From positions 1,241,876 through 1,305,875 of the forward strand of contig CAJINV010000006.1 of the NCBI GenBank assembly GCA_905178155.1: a stretch of DNA of 64,000 nt, given 5' to 3'. The notes beneath the pieces are model-generated. The model saw only the letters and a program-made list of their open reading frames with translations. It searched no databases and had not been told where the DNA came from. Positions 1 to 13,559 of this stretch are shown one piece after another. The DNA comes from Amoebophrya sp. A120 (lineage: Eukaryota > Protista > Dinoflagellata). Every line of letters starts with the position of its first letter. Within the stretch, counting starts at the first letter, position 1. The position numbers and the translations under genes are program-made.

Positions 1-3000
1 AGGACAAAATCGACGTTTTATCCTGTGTGAAAACCACCACATCCCCAAATCTTCTTCATCACTTGTCATGCAAAATAGCAAAAATTTGGCACAACGTCAC
101 TGTGCATGGCAGTTTTCAACTCCGAAGGCCCAAAGAACAGTATGTACAGCATTTTTGTTCCGATCTTAGGTCCAGTTCGTCTTTCGGAAAGTACAGTAAT
201 TGTTGAGCTTGTTTCCACCATTGTCGGTTGTATTAAGGTTGACACCGCTCAAGTGGTGCTGAAAGTAGAGGGGGAGTGGTTGTTCACCAGCATACCATTC
301 TCTCGGAGGTGAGAACGACCAGATCGGAAGCCCTCGTGCGGCCGCTGCGGATGTTGGTCGCGAAGGCGGGGCTTTTTTGCTACCTGACGAAGAAGCCGGC
401 GTCGAAAATCGGATGGGAGAATTTTTGGAGCAACAAGCAACAGCTGGTCTTCCTACCAGCACGATGGTAACTACATTCGCACTGCCACACTACGGGATGC
501 CAAATTCCCAACCTCGCGTTGCCGCTGCCACTGCCACTGTCGCTCCGGCGCGAATGGTACAGGTGGATCAATATCACAACCGTCCGTTGGTCGCTGTCCA
601 CCCTTCCGCCCCGTTTCCGGTTTTTCCTGGATCTGTTGTCGCAGGTGGAGTTGCTCCCATGTCATCTTCTACCACTGCACCAGGTGGCCCCCCTGTGGCC
701 ACCCCCGCCCCCGGTCAAGTACAAGTACAACGAGCGCAGCCTGCTCCACCTGCCAAACAAACTCCAGCCGAGCGTTTTGCGGTCCTTCCCCAAGCGGAAA
801 TTGTGCAGCTGGTGAAATCAGTGGGGAACGGGGGTGCCACGTACAAGATCGCGGATGGTATTACGGACTCGAAAGTTCTAAAGCCCCGTCTGGTTGAAAA
901 TCAAGTTCATGGACGGCGCATGGTGCGTAGACTACTTGAACACAGGGACAGGGCTGAAAGTGAGTATTTGAAAATTTCAAAAAACTGTAAAACTAAAAGC
1001 GTAAAAAAGCCCGGCACGATGCAAATGCATATGCAAGTACTATCTTGCATTTTTTTGTTCATAATCCTCCATTTTATAGTGCTAAGTCGCCCATTGCGAT
1101 TCACATTCATCCCAAGTGACCCACTTGGACTCGCGTGCTACACACTGTCAAAGAAGTTGCACCCAACACCAGACGGCTCTTTTTCTTTTGCCCAGAATAG
1201 GAGATGACGACGCTGACCCAGCAGCCCAAAAGCGTTCGGCCGTGTTCTTTTTCACGCGCGAGGATGGCAAAACCGAAAAGCGGCCTTATAGGAAAGGCAC
1301 CACGAACCTACGACCGGGAGCAGACTACACGTTGCTCGCAGACGGACACCTGGCTTTTTTTCTCGACATAAGCAGCGGAAATGTGTCTCGGTCATGTTCA
1401 GGAAAAAGATATATTTAGAAAAGGGCCGAACGATGGCGCTTATTTGTGTCTTCAAGTTGGCTGTGGTGACGAGGAGCAGACAGACGCAAAAACAGGATAT
1501 GTGTTTGATAGAAGACCTCGCACATCATCTACTATTTGGCACATGTCATTCTCATTGTTAGTAGTACGGGACAAGAACAAGTTGGATTTTGGCATGACAC
1601 GCAAGAGCAGATTTGCTACTTGCGATGACGCAGCACAGACTTCACTTTTTGACGCTTCCCGTCAGGCAGTACAGATCCAGACATATTTGCGCAGCATACG
1701 ACAGCACGAACGAGAATATCAGATTGCGCAATCCCCCTCTCCTTCGTATTCAGTTGGCATGAAGAACAGCTGCAACTATTCGCGGCACTACCGTGCTAGA
1801 GCTGCGCCGCAAGGACAGATGGATCCACAAGCGGATCGTATAAATTTCATTTCTTGGTCCTCGCATCAGCAACTCGCCCTGTAATTATGTAGCGCGCGTG
1901 CGTGTGGACCCGTTCCCAACTATTATGCATGACAACTGAACAAGGGGAGCGGGTGTTGTGCGTTTTCATACGCCACAATCACGTCATCAAGCCTTTCTCT
2001 ATCATACAGAAAATTTTGCTTTTTCATGCTCGGACAACATAATGGCCATGGCACAATTTGGGGCGAGAGTCATAATACCACTTTATTTTCAGGACACACG
2101 AGGGGATGCAAAGCCCGAAGGCTTTGAGGACATCAGAATCAGCCGGACCCCGCTTTCGTATCAATATAAGGATCTATGGATAAGATTAACACCCAGAGCA
2201 AGAAGGAAGGAGAAAATGATGACAAGCAGCAAAGGTTCAGATTTTGGACTTCAACCGCTAAAATAGCGCCAGGTCGTGTCGTAGTGCGTAGACTGCAACT
2301 AAGTATTCTGTTTCTGTGTGGTAGAGTCAGTTTCTTCGGAAACTCCCGACGGCGGAGTGCAGCTGGGAGGGGCGGAACTCGAACTGAAAGTCCGAGTCGA
2401 GGGCACGACGGACGCCAAGCAGAAGCTGTACAATTGTTTTCCCCTCGACAGTATGAACTGCAAAAGAAAAAGTATCGTAGTACCCGCATAAAGGCACTAC
2501 AAATTTCCTCAGCATGAGAAATAAACTTTGTCATGCGGATTTACCTTAAGAAACCTTTTGTAATGCACGACTTGCATTTATACGAGTGCGATACTTTTGC
2601 ACAGGATAGACAGTGCCCTTCCCATGGCTGTCAGCGACACCCAAAGCACGGCTCCCGCACGCGAGGAAGATGAAGCAGGAGGTACTGCAGCTGCTCCAGA
2701 GGACCCCAAACAGCATGAATTGGAGTACACAGTGCAGCGGTTGGTACACGATGAGAAGGCCAAGGACCAAGACGCCTGCTTGCGACATTGCACATTCGAT
2801 AAGAACTGCAAGGGCTGGGCCTGGAAAGCCAAACAGGGAGAGTGCCTGCGCTGGGGCCACGGGACCATCTTCAGCTTGACACCACACGCCAAAGCGGCAA
2901 CTATTCACTGCGATGTGATAACGGGCGAAGAAAAACAAGGTGGTGAAGAGGAGGACGACAGCGCATTTATTGTCCAGAAAAAGTTTCCCCCCTTGAAGTC

Positions 3001-3025
3001 CGGGCTCGAGGAAGTTTGCTTGTAG
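1..3025 (+). CDS. Pro-rich protein with C-terminal PAN/Apple-like Cys motif (5' end lies outside window); paralog of gene at 15769
   Basis: Continuous frame after removing introners at 19, 1369, 1717, 2000, 2452 and a GT-AG intron 960-1200. C-terminal ACLRHCTFDKNCKGWAWKAKQGECL. GADYTLLADGHLAFFLDS resembles GMDYVVLQSDNRAVFFLDQ in the 15769 gene. Confidence 0.6.
19..294. mobile_element. Introner, degenerate (family C/G-like)
   Basis: TATCCTGTGTGAAAACCAC...GTGGTTGTTCACCAGCATA; DR cgttt/ccatt; removal joins KIDV to SLGGENDQ in frame. Confidence 0.55.
960..1200 (+). other. Canonical GT-AG intron
   Basis: GTGAGT...TTTTGCCCAGAATAG; phase-1 join of the 377 ORF to DDDADPAAQKR. Confidence 0.55.
1369..1698. 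mobile_element. Introner family A, degenerate
   Basis: Right TIR CCAGACATATTTGCGCAGCATA; perfect DR CGACA/CGACA. Confidence 0.65.
1717..1970. mobile_element. Introner family F, degenerate
   Basis: TATCAGATTGCGCAATCCCCC...GTTGTGCGTTTTCATA; DR decayed; frame kept. Confidence 0.5.
2000..2323. mobile_element. Introner, old/degenerate
   Basis: TATCATACAGAAA...TTTCTGTGTGGTA; removal with 5 nt keeps frame. Confidence 0.45.
2452..2608. mobile_element. Introner family B
   Basis: TATGAACTGCAAAAG...CGATACTTTTGCACAGGATA; DR GACAG/GACAG. Confidence 0.9.
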
Positions 3026-6000
3026 AGATTTTTTGTTGTATTTGTACTAGGCACACACCATGCAGCATGTCGTGACCTGAGTCGCTGACTGCCGCCCGAG
3101 CGATACTATGGTCGAGGAATATATAAATCGGCTACAACCTCCTCCTCCCGGGAGACGAGAGGGGGGTATATTCCTGTATGATAATATCGGAAGTGTCGAG
3201 CAGCGCCAGCACGGTCGCGAGCACATCGGATCTAGCAGTCGACACGCCGGCCCACTTGCTTTGCGGTCGGCACGGCTGGAGCCACTGTGCTTGCATGGTT
3301 GGTAGTGGTAAGGATGAGGAACGTTGGAAAAAAAACCCTGCCTACTGTATCGGCTGAAACTGTGTGCGATGTATACCCAAAAGTACTAATATGTATCTGT
3401 GGGCATTGTTCTTGCAGAATTAGATGTCAGTGTGGCGTCTCCACGCGGCATCTTGGACGACATCAACAAAGGGCGAAGTATGGATCATATGATATTGCAT
3501 GATCCGCTGCAATAAATGTTTATTCTCGGCGCCGGGAACATCAAGCACTTTGCGATGTCTAAAGAACACACTTGCTCAGGGTTGCACAGCTGAGAAGCAA
3601 TGTGCCCCCGCCAGGAGGTTCTATTTATTGTCCGCGCGATTTTTGTTTTTGTTTTTCTCATGGGGCCTTGGCCCAGCAAGAATAAGAAGCGCTCCGCGCC
3701 GGCCAGAAAGACGGCGCTTTTGCGTTGTGGTCGTGCCGTCCTCAGTACAGGCAACATACGCTAGCACACGGCTTCGGTCTGTATACATCCCTATGGCAAC
3801 GGCAATCAGTGCGGCTACAGAAAAAAGATCGGCAGTGAATGCGGAGACGACCAGCAGGCGGGAATCTGCAAATTCGAGTGCCACAGCACAGCTTCAGTCA
3901 GTCTCTTTGGCGGTGCTGTTTCTTGGGCTGCGCATGACCTGTGCCACTGTGTCGGCGCCGAGACGGATCCGAACACGCACAAGACCGGGCGGCGAGGGTT
4001 TGGCGAGGTGATCAAAGGCGGCCGCGTGTGTGGTGGGGCAGGAGAAGCTCGCGTTGGTGGCAAAAACGTCGGAACAATTTGTGCGGACGGCGCCGGAAAA
4101 TGTCGCGTGAAGCCACTGAAAGAATCCATGGACCGGTTCTGCGTGAACTCCGTCAACGCATTGGCGTTCGCAGGCAACGGCTACTTCATGTACAAGGGGG
4201 CCAAACTGGTCTACAGCCATTTTTTCGGCACCCCCACTACCCCGGAAGAGCAGGAAAAGGCGCAGGGCCTTGTGAAGACGTTGCACGACGCAGCTGCCGT
4301 ATCCTGTGTGAAAGCACTACATGAGTACTTCTTCCCAGCACGACCCTGCCCGGGCAGTTATGTACATCGGCACGCACAGCAGCTGTGTCAGGTGGCCCCC
4401 TGATGTCTTGGGGGTGCTGCTGATTTTGGTTGCGATTTTCTAATCATATTTGAGGAGCCCGAACTGCTGTGCCCGTGGCCTGCGCTTGCTCAGGATTATA
4501 CATAAAAGAGCGAACAGATCGCCATGCTACCGTGGTAGCGATGAATTAATTATCGTGGCTGCTTATGCTCCGGCCCCCAAGGACCGTTTCCTGCCTATGT
4601 CTTGTGTGGTTCCAACCCTCTAAATTTTTATAGTGGTCTTGACTTTGGAAGGGGCTATCGTCTGTTTTCACCCAGGATACGTGGGCGGCACACCGCAGAT
4701 CAACCCCATGCAGCTGGCCATGTTGGACTCGATATCGTGAGAAAAAAACGCAAGAAGGTTGGCCACCGCCACCGCATTAGGTCATGAACCGGCTTGGCAG
4801 GTCCGTTTGCTTGTGCCGTACCAAAGCCGCGAACAGCGCTGCTACTTTTCTTACAGCAGTGACGCCGGCTGCCATGCAGCTGGCAGCCGCCAGAAGATCA
4901 CAGCGTGGCGCGGGTTGCACTCAGTTGGACTAACAGGCATCGCGCCCCACTTGCCTCCCCGTATTTCCCCGGGCACTACCACTATCTACGCACGAATGTA
5001 CTGCAACAAGCACTAAAAATGCTCTTTATCTTGTCCGGGGTTGCTGCGCAATTTATTTTTAATGCGTGGCGCGCGGCTGTATGACAATGTCAGTGCCTTG
5101 CTTTATCTCGGGTGGGGCTAGTGATCGTTTCAGATAGGGCAGACGCTTGTATATCGTGTCAATCAAGCAGGGGCCCGGGCTTCAAACTGCTACTCGCACA
5201 AACAGTTTTAAATGGAAAGCGCAGCATCAAGATACGAGAGGGCACTTAGTTACTTTCATCTCGGACCTGGTTTGTCGCTGGTAAAGCTGCCGCACGAATT
5301 ATTAGCAAATGCAAATCTATTGGCGCCTTTGGGTGTGGGGTTGGGGCTGACCAGCACACTGGCATTTTTTTCCAGCATACATGGACACATTGAAGCAGGT
5401 TGCCATCGCAGACCTCACGCAGAGCAAGCCGTATCAAGTGCAAAACGACGTTTCTGAGCGTCTCGGGAAGTCCTTGTGACGCCACTTTACTAGCTTTAGC
5501 TCGAAAAGGAAAAATTGGATCCTTCCATATACGCCGTACGTCGTCTTGCAGTTATGCACAGCATGTGATATAGAAATAGAAGTGCAAGCGTGACGTGAGC
5601 TCCTCTATATGTGTAAATTTGTCTACTGAAGGGTGCGCTTCGGCAGAGTTTTTTTGCTTTGGCGTGATCACAGGCAGATGGCATACTTACTTATTCTGAA
5701 ATGAGTGCCCTTCTCCTTAAATACAAACCGCGCTGGTTTTCCTTTTACTTTCAACGGGATCTTGCGCGGCGGGCGCTGGCCATGGCGCCAGCCGAGCATG
5801 ACAACAAAGAAGTGAAACGCTTTCTCGACCTAGTACTTCCCGAGATAATGAGCCCAGAAACTACGTTCTCCGTGCATAAGCGGTGGACGCATTTTGTGGG
5901 GCTGCGGTCGCTGGGTCACATCAAAGAAAGCGTCTACGTTCCGTTCCGGGGACTCCTCGAGAACAACAACAGCCTATCCGGTGTGAAAACGTATGCCCCC

Positions 6001-7573
6001 CTAGCCCTACAGACTTGTAATGCATATTATAGTTAGGGCCACCCGCGACCGCGTCTGTCATGGAAGTAAGTCTAAGCATCTCACGCGGCCCGCCATGGGA
6101 GGCGGGGTCTAATCCTGTTCTGGGCCATGTTGTCCTTGTCGTGCGCGACCTCGACTCAGGATTCGTTATGTGGCCACGTGGACAATGCTGCGGTTTATTC
6201 AACTTTTGCGCGCGTGACGCCACCCAGACTTGCTTGGTTTGTATACCTGTAAGCAGAGGCTGCAGCCTCTTTAGCTTGCTTGTTAATGGGTGGGTGCGTT
6301 TTTGCTTAGGATAGAACGTCTCCCCCGTTTACGAGAAAGGCGTCCAGGCGGTCAGGATCAGGTGAAGGTTTTTCAGACTGGAAGAGGTGTGCTTATTTGT
6401 AGTGCTGATTTTGTATTTCAAATGCACGAAAATGACATCAACTGCTACGGAAGATGAAAGGACTTCTCTAAACTAACAATGAGTCGCACGACATTTTTGG
6501 ACAGGTGGATATTGACTATGGACAAACAAAGAAGATTCCAGCACTTCTTCGTCCTGAAGCTAAAGCTGATTCTATGTTCGCTTCCGGTTATGAAAAAATG
6601 AAAATCGGAATTCCCACCGCCGCATGACACGCGCATAGAACGTTTGTGCAGATGCTGAACATGGCTGTGCAGGGCGCCCTGACCTACGTCTCGATTACCG
6701 TTTTATGGAGGTGAAGTCAAGCTGAGTGATCTTTCCCGCATTGTAGTTACTAGTACTAGAAAATAAAGGAAAGAAAAAGGTGCTTGTCATGTTGCGGGGA
6801 TGAACTTGCCTCTGCAGCTCTTTGCTGCAAAGCGCCCACCATCCAGTAGTTCCAGACCGTACGAATAAACGTGTTTTGCATGTTGACAGACAACGAAAAG
6901 GAAAATAGCCGCGAACAGTTTGTAGTATTGTTTATCTGGGACTCCCACTCCTTGCCGGACAAAACGGCAGAACCTTGCAAGCCCCCATGGCGCAGCTGCG
7001 CACTGCAACTTTTCATACGGCTAGCAGCGGTCCGGGCCCGCAAGATCACTCACTCTCTTGCCCCGGCTATAATTGATGGGGAGTGTTCCCGTGCTCGCCA
7101 TTCCTCTTGCCATCATCGAGGTATCCCGGGTAAGGCCACTTGCACCACCTCCACCCCCAGCACGCATAATATTGGCGCGCGAGATAATTCAGTTTGGCAC
7201 TAAAGGGAGCACTGCTTCTTGCGCTCACTACCATCGCCATCCACCTCCAACGTGAAAAACCATGCCCCAGGGGCCCACGCATGTTTTGTGCCAGTCTTGC
7301 GTTTACCGATTGGGGGTCGTGAGGGTGCTTTTCCAAAGGATACGGGGCTACCGAATTTTATTGTGACAGCGAACGGACTATCCGGGGAAAAAGTATCACG
7401 CTCGTAATTTTGTTTCTGGTTGCGTTAATCTTGCATGGCGCTCTGTGTCCTCGTCGTCATCTTCTTTGAGTTTTACTACCGGCGCCTATCAAAATCAAGC
7501 CAGCAAACTTTGCATTTCATTGTCCATTTACTGGATTGGGGATTCGCGATGCGAATTGTGCGCGTGTGATGCT

Positions 7574-7850
7574 TATCAAGTGCAAAAGTGTCTGGGTCTG
7601 GAAGGTTGGGCCTTGTGATGCTAACTTTGGACGACTCGAAAAAAATCTGTATTGCATGATCGGCAAGAGGAGTCTAGTTCGTGCTACGCAGAGACGGCAT
7701 TTGTAATGCGGAAAAGGCATCCGCATCGGGAAGCCGAAGCCCTCTAAAAATCTGTGATGCTACGTCATGCATTACAGACAACTTGGGCCATGCAAAACAT
7801 GCATGACAAACCCGGCAACATCCCAGACCCAGACACTTTTGCCTTTGATA
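7574..7850. mobile_element. Introner family A
   Basis: TATCAAGTGCAAAAGTGTCTGGGTCTGG...CCAGACCCAGACACTTTTGCCTTTGATA; DR ATGCT/ATGCT. Confidence 0.9.
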
Positions 7851-8247
7851 ATGCTCCTGGACCCCTGCATACGGATGCAGGAGCACTTGGAGAAACAGCA
7901 CAGCGAATGGCGGACGGGCTTTTGTGAAACGTTCCACACAGTGCAAAACAAGTACCCGCACGCCACGAAAACCTTCCGTGGGGTTTTGAAGCTCCTGAAC
8001 GGGATACCAGGCTGAAAAAAGCTGCCCCAAGTACAACCCTGAAGAGAAAACGCAACTAAGGTGCCTGCATTGGCATTGCAAGCCAAGGTCCTGGAAAGCC
8101 GATTTATGGTTTGGTCGCGTCTTTTTTACAAATACAGACACATATGATCGCGCGGAAATAAAAGGGCTCCTTGCGTTGCACATAAACGAAAGCAGTTTAT
8201 TCGTGCATCAACATATGCTACCGACACAAATTCTCAATGCAGGATAG

Positions 8248-9701
8248 TTGTCAGAATATGTGTTGCCGCACGGCGATCCCGCGAGCAGAGCGGGATTCGA
8301 TGTGGTCATCATGGGAGCAGATGAACAAATGAATTTAAAATTTGAAACGACCAAAATGTTCTGCTCTTTTGGCTTCGCAGCAAAATCTCATGTCATGACA
8401 GTTTGGGGGGCTCTGCAGTGCAAACAGGAAAGATCCGTAGAACTTCTTCCGGGCGGGGCGGGGCGCAACTTTTCGCTCGGATACCTGATTTTGACGGGTA
8501 CCAACCTGGGCGACGCCGTGATATGCTTCGCAAGTATGTCTGGGTCGGGAAAAATGCCGAACTTCGCCAACGCGCAGGTTTTGTATGGCACAGTGGAGGG
8601 TCGGATAATTGCAGGGCCCAGCACCAATCCAGGTTCTGGCCCGGCAGCCGCTTTGCGGTGCCTATCCTGTATGAGAAACTCCGCCTCAGGGTGGCCAAAA
8701 GTGCTGGCCTGGTTTCTCCAGTCGCGCATTAAGTACAGGCCTTTGCGCTACTGACAGAGACCGTTGCAGGTTCCAAGGGTTCCAGACCCAGACATATTTG
8801 TGTTTTATACGTGATATGGATTGCAAATATGTCTGGGTCTGGAAATTTGGTTGCTGATACTTTCATTACAAAGTTGCTGCTTGTAGGGCATAAAAGCATG
8901 AGAAATTTGTCTCGGCTCCTTGCGGATTCATCCGTGTTTAGCATTACAAACTGCCACCCAGCACGACAAAAAAAACTGGCCAACGATATCCATGCATGAT
9001 AGATCTTGTTGTCCTTGAAGTCCTGCATCACAAATCCAGACCCAGACATATTTGCAATGCATACGCGAAGCAGCTGTACGAATTTGGAAAGGAAGTGGTG
9101 AACAACTGGAATCTGGTATTACAATGAAAAATGCCCGCACCCCCAGCTCGGCAGCATTTGTATTGCAAACCTTTCCAGCAGGACCATTCCCCGTCTTGCA
9201 TATCTCAGCATCACAAATTTTCCAATGCTGAAGAGGTCAAATTTGTGTTGCGAAGTAGCCGAACAGCAGCTGGATCTGTTATGCACAAGGCACCTTGCGC
9301 ACCCTGATTCTGCATCAGAAAGTCTCGCAATCCTTTTATGCAAGACAAAAAGCTTTCATTTGGAAACTTTTCATGACAAACTTCGGCAAATTTCGGGATG
9401 GGGGCATTTTTCACTGCTATATCTGGTGCAGCAGGTTCTTGGCGACGAGAAGGCAAAGCAGGTGGCCGAGGCAACCGCGCGCGCGCTGGCAAAAAAAACG
9501 TCTGTGTACATCGCCTTCAAGAAGGTCGGCAAGAAGTTGTCGCACCTCTGGAACGACAAAATTGTGAAGCCTCTCGCTGCGGCCATGGCACACAAGCTCG
9601 AGCTGGGGCAATGCCTGGGGCGCACCAAAATGCATTTCGATGACAAAGTATCAAGACGAAAAAACGGGCCCCGAAAATTGTTCTTGCGAGTCTGCGTGTA
9701 A
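8248..9701 (+). CDS. Hypothetical protein, 3' part (start and upstream exons unresolved)
   Basis: Removing three introners gives ...GTNLGDAV-KQLYEFGKEVVNNWNL-VQQVLGDEKAKQVAE...RVCV*. Confidence 0.55.
8522..8809. mobile_element. Introner family A (first of stacked pair)
   Basis: A-type TIRs; DR CGTGA/CGTGA. Confidence 0.8.
8815..9063. mobile_element. Introner family A (second of stacked pair)
   Basis: A-type TIRs; DR CGTGA/CGCGA. Confidence 0.85.
9117..9421. mobile_element. Introner family G/C-like
   Basis: TATTACAATGAAAAATGCCC...GGGCATTTTTCACTGCTATA; DR TCTGG/TCTGG. Confidence 0.85.
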
Positions 9702-12700
9702 GCAGTTGTGCTTTTTGTGCCATGAAGGAAAAACACAACGATCCTGACTAGGCCGACAGGCTTCCCTCGTATCGTTGCCCTGTGTGACTGTGGTTACAGG
9801 TAGAAGCTCATATATGAAGGCTTCGCAGGGATCCGGAGCTTTCTTCTACTGGTGTATGCTGAGTTGACATTTCCACTACAACAGCTTGTTCCTTCATGTG
9901 CTGCATTAGCATTACGGCTAATGCCAATAAGATACGCGGCACTGTGATAATGATCGCTGACACAAAGGTGGGGCTATGTGTTTTCGTTTTCATACAAAAC
10001 TGGGGAGCTTTACGAAAGTGCCAGGCCGGATGACGCCGTCAAAATAGAAACCGTTTCCCAGGCGCATAATGAACACCAGCAGGACCCATAATCCCCCAAC
10101 GCCGAGTGCCGAGCTTCCCAAACGCGGGAAGCCATGCTGTTTGGAGCGAAAGTGGGGGCTTTTGTCATGCTTAATACTTGCAACGACCTTCCGCGTTTGC
10201 CTGCAGTGGTGCAGAATTTGAACTGAGACAGCGTTCCCCGGAATACTGGTTTGATGCGTGACTACTAGTAGTTGCTCGAGGATTGATTATGGTGATGGGC
10301 TCTGTATTAGTCGCGGCCTGCCCCACTTCGCGACCCGGTCGTGGCCTAAGCATCTGCAGAAAGGGGCGCGGGGGTGGGTCGCTGCCCTTGTGGTTCGTTC
10401 GGTCGGGGTCGGTTAGCGCGAAAATCTATTTCTATTTTGCCGATGCCACCTCCGAGCTGACGTTCCCATAACCTTGTGCCCGACGAGGACAAGACCGTGC
10501 CCGCCGAGGAGAAGGAGCATATGGGGGCAGCAGGCTCAGTTGTGATCATGAGCCCAACTGTGGCCGCCACAGGGCGCAGTAGTAGTTCCGGCTGTGGTGC
10601 ACCGGGAAAACGATCGAGAGTGTTGACGTGCCTAGCTGTTTTGGATTGTGTTTGGCATATCAGATAATGTATGTCCTCGCAGCAAGGCGTCTGCGCCTCA
10701 TCTATGAAAATCTTTAATCTTTGTCCTTCCGAGAAGGCAGATCGCTGAAAGGCGACTCGTAGGCTGTTGCGTGCAACAGGAGGGACGCGAACGTGATGGA
10801 CCTGCTCCTCCAGTAGGAGTTTACGCCCTCCTCCCGCCGTGGGTTTTGCATGAAAATAAAAGCTCATTGGACTCGCCTAAGCAAGCAGCATCCTCTCCAC
10901 AGTTGGCGCGATTGCCGCGACTGAGTTGTGCTAGGTCATACTACATGGACGGCTGCATCGCTTCTTCCACAAGGTAAAAACTTTGATCACTCGGGAAAAA
11001 GCTGCGGAGGAAAAGTGCTTGGAGGGAGCCGCACAAAAAGCCGCACAAGAACCAGAAACGGCGGCGCAGGAACCGACGTTGGAAGACTATTGTGAGGAAA
11101 ATTCCCGCAACCCCCCATACTCGTCAGCGAGATGCTAATTTGCCGCATTTGTAGTTCTTGTCGTCGTGTCGACAAAAAATTTTCTGTCCTGCATAATGCG
11201 GTGGAACAAACTCGGCAAAGGGTCTCCTTTGTGTGTCGCGGAGCGTTTTACTAGGGCAGGCAGTCTGCCGCGCTACATTTTCTCTGCGTGCGCAGCCTAC
11301 CATGCTCCACAGCCATACTCCACAGCTAGCTGCAGTAAAAGTTTGAAAGCGATCTAGGTCTAGAATTATACCCGTATGGGTATGTAAGACCGATTTGGAA
11401 CCGCCCTTCCTCCCGCGCGATATAGCGTTGGTTGTGTACTAAGAAAGACGGCGACGGTCGTTGTTCCGGTTGTGTTTTGCAAACTCCGCGGCCACTTGCT
11501 GACTCTGGGGAAGGGAATTTTTTCCGCACGATACGAACTGCAAGGTACGGTGAGCAAGAAGATTTAAGGGCCAGATCCTGCCAGAAAATTTGTGAACAGC
11601 GAGTCCGATTGGTTCCGCTGGATGAACCGACTATCAAGGCTAAGAAGAAGATGAAGAAGATGAAGCGCCGGCAGGTACAATTTTTTTTCTATCACTGGCA
11701 CAATGAAACTAAAAGAAGGCTGGCTGTCATTTCTCTGGCAGCTTCTTGTCCGCACCATCGTACCTCCGGCTCATCCCATATCCCATTCCCATCTCTTTGG
11801 AAATACCAAAAAAAAGGTGCTCAAACGTTTGAGGCTCCGGATGATGAGGGCAGATTCTCGGAAAGAAAACGAAAAAAAATTTCCAAGTTGAATTTTTTCC
11901 AGCGCCTTCGCGCCGGGCGACCTTATTGGGCCACATCTTGAGGCGTTAGCCGATCGGCCACAATTGGCCCCGTTTTCTATGATTAGCGTCGGCCTGCGAA
12001 TTTGACATAGGCGCGAAGACATCGGGCTCCACCTCCTTTCTGGGTGGAGCGTCGCTAGACATTGTAGCGCAGCATTTCTTCAGAAATGCGCCACAGGGCG
12101 GGCTTTGCAGGCAATAAAATGGCCCGCCCACAGGTTTTCTGATTTACTTTTTGCCACCCCCAAAAAAGCTCGGAAAAATTACCCACTTTCATACCCATCG
12201 CAAAAAATGCGTCAAACACGGGCGGAAATTGAAGAGTTTGTCGGTCGCCGAAAATTTTTTTGGATTTTTTTTGGAATTCCTTTGAAATTTTTTTTTCGAA
12301 AAATCGATTTTTCACATTTTGCAAAATTCCCGCTTTAGCATGAGTCGAACACGTGATAGCGTGCGGATTGGGGACAGTCGTTGTCGAAAACGCACGGAGC
12401 GCGCGACTTTCAAGGATTTCGCATGTGGTTGCTTGTGTTTTCTTCCAGGCCTGAAGCACGAGAAGCCCGCTAGTCACATTCAAGCCATACTGTTGCTCGT
12501 GTGTGAGGCTTGCGCGCAATTTCTTTTCGGCCCGCCCCCAAACTTTTGTCCTGCGTTGAAAATATTTCGGTTTTCTTTCAAGCCCAATCATAATCGGGGT
12601 CCCGGAACTTCAAAAACGTGAAGCAATGCCTGGAGTCAGCGTCGCCATCTCACTTGTGTTGCTGCTCGTCAGCGTTAACCAGGAATTTTACGAAAATTTG

Positions 12701-12824
12701 TTTTCCGAGCTCTGATTTCTGGGTTTTTCCGATATGATGTTTTCAAGGTTTCCACAAACGCGATTTACGTTGTTTTCGAGTATTTTTCCACAGCATGAGT
12801 GGTAAGATAAAGATTAACATTAAC

Positions 12825-13559
12825 TTACAGCTTGGACGGCCGTTAGAAATAAGGAAGGTTATTTTGCGGAGATTTTGCGCGGTTGCTAGAATTTCGCCAG
12901 CGCTGCGGGGAAAAAGTACGAGACTCCTTCCGGGCTCAGAATTTTCATGGCAGTGTGGTTCCTTCCTGTGGCCCCTTCTTGTGGCGCCTGCTTAATTGCG
13001 TCTGCCTCCGCTAGCAATGTGGGAGGGTCCGTCTTGTGGCCGAAGGCAGAGACTTTGCCACTAGACCTAAAAAGAAAACGCGAAGAAGTGGCTTTTGACT
13101 TTGTGGACTATTCAGGAAAATCTGTCCGGTTATTTTATGAAAAGCGGCTTTTTTGTGAGCTGGTTATTTTACAGAAATGTGGACTGTGCCGCCGTGATTA
13201 GATTTTTGCTCGGGCGTTTGTTCGTAAAATAACCAGCCGCAGTCTTGTAAAATAACCCGTAAAATAACCAAACGCGCAGTCAGCTCCATTCCCGCCCTTC
13301 TCAAACAGCGCAATCGCGATGGTATCGCGCGACAGAAAAACCGACAATATGGCGCGTTTTCAACTCTAGCCCGATGGTGTGCTGGGTTTCCTGCATAGTT
13401 TGCGCGTGCAGGCTCTAAAAGATTAGCGACGCAGGTAGCTTGGCTCGGTCATTAGTCAAGGCATGAGCAGGATGTCTGGAAAAATAGGCGCTGATGGTTG
13501 ATGGCGTAAAATCTCCGCAAAATAACCAGTGCGAATTCTAATGGGTGTCCAAGCTCTAA
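12825..13559. mobile_element. Non-autonomous hAT-type MITE (735 bp)
   Basis: TIR TTACAGCTTGGACGGCCGTTAGAA / TTCTAATGGGTGTCCAAGCTCTAA; 8-bp TSD ACATTAAC (12817-12824, 13560-13567); subterminal GGTTATTTT/AAAATAACC repeats. Confidence 0.8.

Noticed and set aside
3100-7500. Possible multi-exon gene(s), e.g. ORFs 4008-4403 and 5701-6036
   Set aside because: No consistent exon chain or recognisable product could be built.
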